DNA from: Candidatus Baldrarchaeum yapensis
GTDB taxonomy: Archaea; Asgardarchaeota; Baldrarchaeia; Baldrarchaeales; Baldrarchaeaceae
Direction: 5' to 3'
Length of the DNA stretch: 32,000 nucleotides
Assembly (NCBI GenBank): GCA_016840465.1
Contig: JAEOSH010000003.1
Coordinates: 60,176 to 92,175 of the forward strand
The notes beneath the pieces were generated by a model that saw nothing but the letters and a program-made list of their open reading frames with translations, had not been told where the DNA came from and did no database searches. The translations under genes and the position numbers were made by a program. This document shows, piece by piece, positions 9,526 to 17,448 of the stretch; position 1 is the first letter of the stretch; every line of letters starts with the position of its first letter.

Positions 9526-10098
9526 TTATTCTTTCTGCTTTTTATTTTGTGCAAAGAATCTTTTTGAAATGACGTCAAGAGCCCTTTTGACAAACTCCTT
9601 TTTGCCAGAAATCCTAATAGTATTTTCACTTTCTGCCTCAATCATCGCTCCCGTCTTTTTTTCAATACCCTTAAGCTCGTCGAAACTAGCTGCTCTCGGC
9701 AGTACTATCCTCACAAAGTCGACGTCTTTATCTCGTGGAATTCCCGGTATAAATGTCCCACCAAGTTGTGGTAGTGGTACGCGGAATTCCCCGCTCTTGG
9801 CCTTCCTTAAAAGCTCCTTCCATTTATTAACGTAGTCTTCTCCAAGAACCGTAGATGCATGTTCAAAGAGAATCTTCCTTGCACTATCTAAGAGCATATC
9901 AATATCTGCAATGAATGCCTCCTCCGTGGCTTTACCCCTCGCGAGATGAAGTTGCCAATGAGAAATTAAAAGACGAGAGTGGCGAAGATCTGCATTCACC
10001 TGTAGTGATGGTGGAACTCCCTTTGAGGTAAGATCTCCCAGCATCTTATTCAAAACAGTCCATATGGAGTATCTTATTTCAAGGTCCCTCTGAGACAA
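9526..10098 (-). CDS. DUF2096-family protein (conserved in methanogens and relatives)
   Basis: Recalled family pattern: W-x-VL..DL..KG...DLR; GEDYV..W..LL.KA..GE; F.PG.PR...VR; C-terminal ISG...VKRAL. Lies 9 bp downstream of hdrB. Confidence 0.7.
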   Translation of the reverse strand: MSQRDLEIRYSIWTVLNKMLGDLTSKGVPPSLQVNADLRHSRLLISHWQLHLARGKATEEAFIADIDMLLDSARKILFEHASTVLGEDYVNKWKELLRKAKSGEFRVPLPQLGGTFIPGIPRDKDVDFVRIVLPRAASFDELKGIEKKTGAMIEAESENTIRISGKKEFVKRALDVISKRFFAQNKKQKE

Positions 10099-10107
10099 GG
10101 TATCACC

Positions 10108-10998
10108 TTAGAGACCGATTTTTCTCAATAGAGGTCTCACGGGTATAATATTGTACTGAAGACCTAATACATGTGGCGATGCACCAAGTGCCAACATTAT
10201 CAACTGGGTTATAAACACAACCGGAAGTCCTAACTTCACTCCCATACGGTCCTCTATTTCCTTCTGTCCCCTATCGAATTGCAGGTGGCAGAACACGCAA
10301 GGTGTGGTCAGGCAATCGGCGCCTGCTCTCATCATGTTCTGAACTTTTTCCCTCGTCATGTCTAAACTCACATCTATCGATCCTGCTCTCACCCCGCCAC
10401 CCGCTCCACAGCACATAAGCTTATCCCTGTAATCTATACTTATGGCGTTCGTGGTTTCGATAATCCTGTCAAGGATCGTTGGTCGCTCGGGATGCTCATG
10501 CCGCCTAACCTCTCTGGGCTTTAAGAAGTGGCAACCATAATGAGCGGCCACTTTCAAGCCGCTGAGATCTCTTTCTATCTCGCTCCTTATTCTATTCAGC
10601 CCTATGTCATGCTCTATCACTTCAATTACATGCTTGACCTCTATGGTCCCCTTAAACTCTTTGTCGATGTTCTTTAGGATTTCATTAACCCACTCCCTGA
10701 GTTCCTTGTTCTCCTTTAAAAGATGATTTGCCTCCTGCAAACTTCCATAGCAGCCGTTACAACATGTTACTATGTCAGCGCCTAGACTCTCGGCAATGCA
10801 CAGGTTTCTTGCAGCTATAACGATCCAAGTGTAGAGATCAAAGGATCCAAACACTCCGGGTGCTGGGCAGCAGGAGGCTCCCTTCATATCTAGAAGTTCT
10901 ATGCCATATCTTGTCATAAGGTATCTTGTCGAGGCCTCAACGCCCGGGTACCTGTTGGGCATTATGCATCCGAGGAAAAACGCATATTTCTTCGCCAT
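10108..10998 (-). CDS. hdrB: Heterodisulfide reductase subunit B, canonical methanogen-like (copy 1)
   Basis: YAFFLGCIMPNRYPG, SCCPAPG, TCCNGC, HYGCH, LMCCGAGGG and TPCVFC: both non-cubane [4Fe-4S] CCG ligand sets are complete. Confidence 0.97.
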   Translation of the reverse strand: MAKKYAFFLGCIMPNRYPGVEASTRYLMTRYGIELLDMKGASCCPAPGVFGSFDLYTWIVIAARNLCIAESLGADIVTCCNGCYGSLQEANHLLKENKELREWVNEILKNIDKEFKGTIEVKHVIEVIEHDIGLNRIRSEIERDLSGLKVAAHYGCHFLKPREVRRHEHPERPTILDRIIETTNAISIDYRDKLMCCGAGGGVRAGSIDVSLDMTREKVQNMMRAGADCLTTPCVFCHLQFDRGQKEIEDRMGVKLGLPVVFITQLIMLALGASPHVLGLQYNIIPVRPLLRKIGL

Positions 10999-11568
10999 TT
11001 AACCACTCTCCTGATAACCAACCATTTGATCGAATTTCATAATTTTTATCAACTTTCTGACTTCATCCAGCGCCTCGGGATAAGAATGAACCGTGGGTGG
11101 CAATTCACTTAAACCTAAAGCCTTTCTGATCTCTTTAAACTCGTCGGTGATCGGAACTGCGTGACCAAATCTTATAAGAAGCCTTGCAACTCGTTTGTGT
11201 TGCTCTTTCATCCTGCCGCTTTTTGCAGCAATGTTTCTGATCACTCTGATGATGTCCGTAGTTCTGACGCCGCGCGGACACCTCTCATAACACGTATAAC
11301 AGGTGGTGCAGTACCAGAGCTCTTCACTTGAAAGCACCTCATCCTTGAGCCCAAGAAGAGCCTTGCGCATAACTAGACGCGTCCTATAAGCAGTTCTTCT
11401 GCCAGATGGGCAACTTCCACTGCACGTTCCGCACTGGAAACATGCAGTGATGGTTTCCATATGTTCTCTTCCGAAAATCTTGGACCCGTACTCTATTATC
11501 TCCTCAACAAACTTAGGATCGGTTTTTTCGAGTTGTATGACCTGTTCGGAAGCACTCATCGCGGACAC
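10999..11568 (-). CDS. hdrC: Heterodisulfide reductase subunit C (copy 1)
   Basis: CFQCGTCSGSCP and LWYCTTCYTCYERCPRGV; its stop abuts the hdrB ATG. Confidence 0.96.
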   Translation of the reverse strand: MSAMSASEQVIQLEKTDPKFVEEIIEYGSKIFGREHMETITACFQCGTCSGSCPSGRRTAYRTRLVMRKALLGLKDEVLSSEELWYCTTCYTCYERCPRGVRTTDIIRVIRNIAAKSGRMKEQHKRVARLLIRFGHAVPITDEFKEIRKALGLSELPPTVHSYPEALDEVRKLIKIMKFDQMVGYQESG

Positions 11569-11679
11569 CCATTACGGATCAGCCGGGAATTACATACCCG
11601 GTGTCCTTTATTTGTTCTTTCCCAAGAAAAGAGGTATCCTCCAGTTATTCTGGTTATTACGTAAAAAATGTATTGGGGG

Positions 11680-12774
11680 TCAATGCGCATTATACGCGGT
11701 CAAAATCGCGTTAACAAAGTCTTCAGGTGAGGTGCCGCTAGTTCTTATTTTTTTACTCTCAAAGACTTCCACAAGTGCGGACTTTAGGAGGTTCTTATCT
11801 AAGCGTAGACCCTTTAATGAGTTTTCCAAATCGGCTATTGCATCTCGAGGCTCGAGCCAAAAGTCCCCGCTTATCAAAATATCCCTGATCACTTCATCCT
11901 CCATCTCGAAAGTCACCCTGATTAAACCACCAGGGGACTTATAGACCCCCTCAACGATGTAAGTATCGCCTGCCACCTTAACTTTCCTTGTAGCAAGATT
12001 CGGATGTCTCTCCTCGTGTATAAATAGCCACTCATGCGAAAGATACTGCTCTCTGAGTTCCCGTATGATTTCCTCCTCTCTTCTCGTCAATTCACCTCTT
12101 TCAAGCTTAACATTGAGGTACTTCTCAAAATTCTTCACTAACAAGTCAACAACTCTGCTTCTATCCGGTACGTACCCTAACTCTCTCCTCAATGAGGTGA
12201 CCCTTTCCTTCAGACTTTTTGCAAACTTGTCCCTGAACTTCTCACTGGGTACCCTGAGAACCTTAACCATTATATCGTAATTAAAGTCGAGAATTATGTT
12301 GCCGACGAAGACAAATGCTTTCTCTATTTCCCCACCGCCGTTTCCACTGATCTTCCTACCGTTAACCTCTATGTCATTAACGGGTCTAAAGTACGCGTCG
12401 ACCCCTAACTCCCTATACGTTTGCACAGGAGCCCTTAAGAAGTACTCAAATCTACCAACGGTGTCCGCGGGGACATCTGACCAGTCCTGGGGAATCACCA
12501 GTTGATAAAATATCTGATTTTCGTCTAAGTATACGGCCCCGCCGCCAATAACTCTCCTCACTATTGGTATTCCCATTTTCCTGCAAAATTCTATGTCTAC
12601 CTCCTTTGAAACCTCCTGAAAATACCCGCAGGAAACCAGAGGTGATGCCGGCCAGTCTATGAAAAGTGTCGGTGGAATGTCCCCCTCGCTTAGAGCAATC
12701 GCCGCTGCATGCCATATTACCTGCGTCAAAACGGGATCTATCGGCCCAAGAAAAACGTATCGCAGCTTCTTCAT
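11680..12774 (-). CDS. lplA: Lipoate-protein ligase, catalytic plus C-terminal accessory domain (Lpl(AB), resembling the sLpl type)
   Basis: RRVIGGGAVYLDENQIFYQ, RPVNDIEVNGRKISGNG and GNIILDF; C-terminal domain YKSPGGLIRV...ISGDF. Confidence 0.92.
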   Translation of the reverse strand: MKKLRYVFLGPIDPVLTQVIWHAAAIALSEGDIPPTLFIDWPASPLVSCGYFQEVSKEVDIEFCRKMGIPIVRRVIGGGAVYLDENQIFYQLVIPQDWSDVPADTVGRFEYFLRAPVQTYRELGVDAYFRPVNDIEVNGRKISGNGGGEIEKAFVFVGNIILDFNYDIMVKVLRVPSEKFRDKFAKSLKERVTSLRRELGYVPDRSRVVDLLVKNFEKYLNVKLERGELTRREEEIIRELREQYLSHEWLFIHEERHPNLATRKVKVAGDTYIVEGVYKSPGGLIRVTFEMEDEVIRDILISGDFWLEPRDAIADLENSLKGLRLDKNLLKSALVEVFESKKIRTSGTSPEDFVNAILTAYNAH

Positions 12775-13217
12775 CTCAACTCTCCCTTCTTAAGCTTCTC
12801 CTCGTCCTCCTTGATCCACTTCTCTATGTTCTCGACACCATGAATTAGATTTTTCAAGTCCTCCTCTAAGTTCGTCGGTTCTATTACCGCGATCCACCCC
12901 TCACCGTACGGATCCTCATTTAATAACTCGACTCTTTTCTCCTTAACGAGTTTTTCATTCACCTCTATGATCTTCCCGCTGACTGGCGAATACAGAGTTC
13001 CGCGCCATTTCCCACTCTCAACAACCGCAAGAGGCTTTCCTTGCTCGACATGCCGCCCAACGGGGAGTACTCGTATTGCTATTGCTCGCCCTAAGGCCTG
13101 TTGCCCCCAGTCATCTATTCCCACACGAACCTTCCCATTTTCAATACGTGCCCACGTGTGCCTTGGATGATAGTAGAGATCCTCGGGGAATTCATATTTT
13201 CCGAGTATTTTTACCAA
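12771..13217 (-). CDS. gcvH: Glycine-cleavage-H-like / LbpA-like lipoyl carrier protein
   Basis: LYYHPRHTWAR, VRVGIDDWGQ, lipoyl-Lys motif VVESGKW, YSPVSG, LLNEDPYGEGWI. TTG start at 13217 after GGAGGT (ORF track gives 13232). Overlaps lplA by 4 bp. Confidence 0.9.
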   Translation of the reverse strand: MVKILGKYEFPEDLYYHPRHTWARIENGKVRVGIDDWGQQALGRAIAIRVLPVGRHVEQGKPLAVVESGKWRGTLYSPVSGKIIEVNEKLVKEKRVELLNEDPYGEGWIAVIEPTNLEEDLKNLIHGVENIEKWIKEDEEKLKKGELR

Positions 13218-13262
13218 TATGCCGACCTCCACAATTTCTGAAGAGAAGTCACCGCATTGAGA

Positions 13263-13406
13263 ATATAAATGATGTACAGAGACTTGTTAGGGTGTATCAT
13301 CCCAATATGCTTTTTCCAAAATAAAACGCAAAGTTGCTGGAAAAATCGAAATTTTGTCCCTGTGGGTTTATTGTTTAAACCCTTTTAATTGACGTATGAT
13401 TTATAT
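13263..13406. promoter_or_regulatory. Divergent promoter region: back-to-back TTTATAT boxes flanking two inverted repeats
   Basis: TTTATAT on the minus strand at 13263-13269 (about 46 nt from the gcvH start) and on the plus strand at 13400-13406 (about 48 nt from the nuoA start). Inverted repeats TTTTTCCA-N19-TGGAAAAA (13311-13345) and GGGTTTA-N5-TAAACCC (13364-13382). Confidence 0.5.
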
Positions 13407-13453
13407 TGGGTACCTTTCGAATAGTTAGCGACTCGCGGAACGAGGGAAGACGG

Positions 13454-13777
13454 ATGAGCGACGCGCTAACTGTCATAATAGCGTTTGTGGTCTGCCTTCT
13501 GACTTCAGCGTTCCTTTACGCGCTCGGACGGAAATTGGCACCACGGGGCAAAGAGAATGACGAGAAAGTAACACCATACGCATGCGGAGAAGACTACCCG
13601 GTCGAATACATACAGTATTACATCCACTGGTTCTACTACGCGGTCTTCTTCACAATACTTGAGGTTGCAGCGATACTCATAGCGTTCTCGCTGTTCGCAC
13701 CAAGCGTGGCGCTCGTGGTGGTAATAATATACACGATTATGGCCCTAATTGCCGCGTTTATGGCACCGCGTGAGTAG
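13454..13777 (+). CDS. nuoA: NuoA-like membrane subunit
   Basis: 'KVTPYACGED' loop, 'YYAVFFTILEVAAI', three TM helices. Start at ATG 13454 (ORF track gives 13406). Confidence 0.88.
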   Translation: MSDALTVIIAFVVCLLTSAFLYALGRKLAPRGKENDEKVTPYACGEDYPVEYIQYYIHWFYYAVFFTILEVAAILIAFSLFAPSVALVVVIIYTIMALIAAFMAPRE

Positions 13778-13787
13778 GTGATGTGAT

Positions 13788-14225
13788 ATGGGAATACTAG
13801 ATCGTATGGTCAAGTGGGCGCGTATAAGATCACCCTGGATACTCCACTTCAACACGGGAGGATGCAACGCGTGTGACATAGAGGTACTAGCAGTATTAAC
13901 TCCAAGATTTGATGTTGAGAGGTTCGGAATACTCCTAAAGGGAAGCCCCAGACATGCTGATGTGCTCGTAGTAACAGGTCCCGTGACGAGACAAGTTGCT
14001 AAGCGGCTAAAAAGAATTTATTATCAAATGCCTGAGCCTAAATTCGTAATGGCAGTAGGTGCATGCGCAGTCAGCGGTGGGGTCTTCAGGGGGGCTTATA
14101 ACGTACATATGGGACTCGACCAAGTACTTCCGGTCGATGTATACGTTCCCGGATGCCCACCAAAGCCGGAGGCCATCATTGATGGTGTTGTTAAGTTGTT
14201 AAAGAAGTTGGAGGAGGGTGGTTAG
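13788..14225 (+). CDS. Group 4 [NiFe]-hydrogenase small subunit (NuoB/MbhJ/EchC-like)
   Basis: TGGCNACDIE (CxxC, hydrogenase type rather than the tandem CC of NuoB), SPRHADVL, GACAVSGG, DVYVPGCPPKP. Confidence 0.93.
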   Translation: MGILDRMVKWARIRSPWILHFNTGGCNACDIEVLAVLTPRFDVERFGILLKGSPRHADVLVVTGPVTRQVAKRLKRIYYQMPEPKFVMAVGACAVSGGVFRGAYNVHMGLDQVLPVDVYVPGCPPKPEAIIDGVVKLLKKLEEGG

Positions 14226-14226
14226 T

Positions 14227-14724
14227 GTGAGCGAACTAAAAGCGGAACAGGAACTCGTCGAGGATGTAAAGAAACAGCTCGGTGACAAAATTGTGGACAC
14301 CAAGATCCAGAGGGCAAAGAGGGTGTATATAAGGGTAAAGGCTGGAGATCACCGTGACGTTATAAAGTACCTCAAGGAGAAATGGGACGCATATCACGTA
14401 TCGACAATCACTGGCGTTGACTTGGGCGAAAATATAGAACTTCTTTATCACCTGTTCGCCTATCGGGGAAATGTTACGGTCACCGTGCGAACCGAGGTTC
14501 CAAAGTCGGATCCCAAGATACAGACAATTGTTGACATAATTCCGGGCGCAACGCTCTATGAGAGAGAAGTTCATGACTTGCTGGGTGTGGTTTTTGAGGG
14601 ACATCCTGAGCTTGAACGTTTAATATTACCGGATGACTGGCCAGAGGGGGTATATCCCCTAAGAAAAGAATACAAACTCGAAGTTGAGGAAGTTGAAGAG
14701 GTTAAGGAGGAGGGTGAGGCATGA
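14227..14724 (+). CDS. nuoC: NuoC/MbhK-like subunit
   Basis: 'STITGVDLG', 'ATLYEREVHDLLGVVFEGHP', 'LPDDWPEGVYPLRK'. GTG start at 14227 or 14218. Confidence 0.92.
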   Translation: MSELKAEQELVEDVKKQLGDKIVDTKIQRAKRVYIRVKAGDHRDVIKYLKEKWDAYHVSTITGVDLGENIELLYHLFAYRGNVTVTVRTEVPKSDPKIQTIVDIIPGATLYEREVHDLLGVVFEGHPELERLILPDDWPEGVYPLRKEYKLEVEEVEEVKEEGEA

Positions 14725-15935
14725 GCGAGGAGAGGATGTTTAGAATTCCCGTTGGTCCTCAGCATCCCGCTCTTAAAGAACCGATAAACTTCACATTCAT
14801 AGTTGATGGAGAAAGGGTCGTGGATGTCAAGCCACGGATAGGATACAATCACCGCGGAATAGAGAAACTCATGGAATCGAAGACGTACATTCAAGGGCTT
14901 TATCTCATCGAGAGAATTTGCGGAATATGCTCGGCGGCGCATCAGGGATGTTACGCTCAGAACATAGAGGAGGCCGCAGGCATCGAGGCACCCCCACGTG
15001 GTGTATACCTCAGAACGCTAATCTGGGAGTTAGAAAGAATTCACAGCCATCTCCTGTGGGTAGGTGTCGCATACCACGAGATAGGGTTTGATACGCTATT
15101 CATGTATGTATGGCGTGACAGAGAGCGGGTTATGGACATATTGGAGATGATATCGGGTAACAGGGTCAACTACGCAATGAACACCATAGGTGGAGTTCGT
15201 AGGGATGTTACTCCCGAAATTGTAGACAATGCCCTAAAGGCCCTCGACTACTTGGAAGAGAGAACGAAGTACTACAAGAAGGTCACCGAAGAGGACGACA
15301 GCATCCTTGCAAGGACCGTCAACGTCGGAATACTGAAGACAGAAGATGCTAAGAGATTATGCGCCGTCGGCCCGACGGCAAGGGCATCAGGACTGAAGGT
15401 TGATGTGAGAAGAGACGACCCATACGGTGCTTACGACGAGTTGGACTTCGACGTCGTAGTTTATGACACCTGCGACCTTACCGCGAGAGTACTCGTACGT
15501 ATAGACGAGGTTCTCGAAAGTATAAAAATGTGCCGCCAGATTCTCCAGAACCTCCCATCTGGGCCCGTTAGAGTGAAATTCAAGAGAAAGGTTCCAGAAG
15601 GAGAGTCAATAAGCAAGGTGGAGGCCCCTCGTGGAGAGGACTTACACTATGTCAAGGCAAATGGCACTGAAAAACCGGAGAGGTACAAGGTGAGAGCACC
15701 TACACTTGCGAATATACCGTCGGTCTGCGAGATGCTAAAGGGAGGATACATTGCCGACATCCCAATAGTATTCGCTGGTATCGATCCCTGTATTGCGTGC
15801 ACCGACAGGATGTTGTTCATAGATGTGAATACTGAGCGAAAGTGGATGTGGACGGAAGAGGAGTTGAGGATGTACGCGCGTAAGTGGTATAAGAAACATC
15901 TTAAGGAAGTGGTGAGGGAAAGATGGAAGTGCTAG
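14721..15935 (+). CDS. Group 4 energy-converting [NiFe]-hydrogenase large subunit (NuoD homologue with Ni ligands)
   Basis: L1 motif ERICGICSAAH and L2 motif DPCIACTDR are both intact; also GYNHRGIEK, EAPRGE, RAPT; about 40 aa extension after the L2 Arg. Confidence 0.93.
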   Translation: MSEERMFRIPVGPQHPALKEPINFTFIVDGERVVDVKPRIGYNHRGIEKLMESKTYIQGLYLIERICGICSAAHQGCYAQNIEEAAGIEAPPRGVYLRTLIWELERIHSHLLWVGVAYHEIGFDTLFMYVWRDRERVMDILEMISGNRVNYAMNTIGGVRRDVTPEIVDNALKALDYLEERTKYYKKVTEEDDSILARTVNVGILKTEDAKRLCAVGPTARASGLKVDVRRDDPYGAYDELDFDVVVYDTCDLTARVLVRIDEVLESIKMCRQILQNLPSGPVRVKFKRKVPEGESISKVEAPRGEDLHYVKANGTEKPERYKVRAPTLANIPSVCEMLKGGYIADIPIVFAGIDPCIACTDRMLFIDVNTERKWMWTEEELRMYARKWYKKHLKEVVRERWKC

Positions 15936-16939
15936 AACTCATACTCCTTATATTGGCAACTGTGTTGTTCCCCGGTGTTGTGTTCTGCACGTATTACGCC
16001 CTATTTCTAGAGTGGGTTGATCGAAAGTTCTTTGCAAGGCTCCAGAACAGAGTGGGGCCTTGGATAACTGGGCCAAAAGGAATACTGCAGCCCATTGCGG
16101 ATATAATAAAGTTACTCGCAAAAGAGGACATAACTCCAAATGGGGTTGATAGAGCCGGTTTCGTCGGTGCACCTTTCTTCGCATTAACCTTAGCGCTGTT
16201 CTCATTGATGTTCGTGCCAATAGCATCAACAAGCGGAATACTCTCATTTAAAGGAGATCTGCTCATAGTGCTGTTCATATCCACGGTATTCGGCATCATA
16301 ATAATATTCGCCGGGTACGTCTCTGCAAGCAGATTCTCGATAGTCGGCACTGCAAGAGCGGGGCTCCAGTTCGTGGGGTACGAAATCCCGCTCTTTGTGT
16401 CAGCAATTATTCCCGCACTTATAGCCAGGTCTCTGACATTGAAGGAAATAGTGGAGTGGCAGATTGCACATTACCCACTGATACTATGCTTCCCTGCAAT
16501 GATAGCATTCGGAATCTTCATAGTATGTTCCCTTGCGAAACTCGAAAAACTGCCGTTTGACATACCCGAAGCAGAAACGGAGATAGTTGCAGGGTGGGCA
16601 ACAGAGTTCAGCGGAAAGAAGTTGGCCCTCTTTAGACTTTCAACGGACCTGAAAATGTTGCTTCTTGCCGGATTGGCGACTGCATTGTTCCTTGGTGGAC
16701 CTGCACCCTGGGGCTTCACACTTCCGGCAGATCTAAATCCGTACCTTGCGGCGCTCATATACTCGATATGGTTCGTGATAAAGACAATAATCGTTGTGCT
16801 TATAATGTCCACGTTGAAAGCGGCATTTGCAAGGTACAGGATAGATCAGGCACTTAGGGGCTTCTGGAGATATCTAACGCCCCTATCGCTTGCAATACTA
16901 ATACTTACGCCTATAGTCGCCTATCATTTCTACTGGTAG
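15923..16939 (+). CDS. nuoH: NuoH/MbhM-like membrane subunit
   Basis: 'DRKFFARLQNRVGP', 'LQPIADIIKLLAKE', 'PFDIPEAETEIVAGWATEFSG', 'RYRIDQ'. Confidence 0.95.
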   Translation: MEVLELILLILATVLFPGVVFCTYYALFLEWVDRKFFARLQNRVGPWITGPKGILQPIADIIKLLAKEDITPNGVDRAGFVGAPFFALTLALFSLMFVPIASTSGILSFKGDLLIVLFISTVFGIIIIFAGYVSASRFSIVGTARAGLQFVGYEIPLFVSAIIPALIARSLTLKEIVEWQIAHYPLILCFPAMIAFGIFIVCSLAKLEKLPFDIPEAETEIVAGWATEFSGKKLALFRLSTDLKMLLLAGLATALFLGGPAPWGFTLPADLNPYLAALIYSIWFVIKTIIVVLIMSTLKAAFARYRIDQALRGFWRYLTPLSLAILILTPIVAYHFYW

Positions 16940-16949
16940 GTGATGTAAG

Positions 16950-17306
16950 ATGAGATTACCCGCAAGGTTCTCACCCGAATTGCTGAGGCATGTGCCGCGC
17001 AAGCCGGCAACAGTAATGTATCCGTTTGTCCCCGTGGAAGCACCGGAGGGCTTCAGGGGAAAACATGAATTTGATATAGAGAAGTGCGTTGGATGCGGCC
17101 TGTGCGCAAGGGATTGCCCCTCAGGAGCAATAGAAATGGTTCCCGATGAGAGAACAAAGGGCAAAAAGCGTCCTGTGATCCACTTGGACAGATGCCTCTT
17201 CTGTGCCCAGTGCGAGGAGTCATGCCCAAGAGGGGCGATAAAGCTAACAAAAGTGTACGAAATGGCGGGCTACAAGAGGGAAGAAATGGTAGTCACCGCC
17301 CCCTGA
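16950..17306 (+). CDS. nuoI: NuoI/MbhN-like 2x[4Fe-4S] subunit
   Basis: 'PATVMYPF...FRGKH', CVGCGLCARDCP, CLFCAQCEESCP. Confidence 0.94.
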   Translation: MRLPARFSPELLRHVPRKPATVMYPFVPVEAPEGFRGKHEFDIEKCVGCGLCARDCPSGAIEMVPDERTKGKKRPVIHLDRCLFCAQCEESCPRGAIKLTKVYEMAGYKREEMVVTAP

Positions 17307-17448
17307 TGCTTTTCCTCAAATATTATCCATTTTCTTATTTTTATCCTAAGACTGACATATTCTTCCCTCCTCGAAGGCCTAATGGTTAGATTTATTCACA
17401 TTACGGTCAGGATTTTTCCAGTATCCACACCCCCCGCGGACAGAGAGA

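Noticed and set aside
13364-13382. SurR (GTTn3AAC) binding site
   Set aside because: The spacing does not match (GTT-TA-AAC here, GTT-ACAT-AAC at 21505); kept only as unassigned palindromes.
13454-17306. Annotation as NADH:quinone oxidoreductase (complex I), Fpo or MBS
   Set aside because: The large subunit retains both Ni-binding CxxC motifs, the small subunit has CxxC, and no NADH or F420 input module is present.
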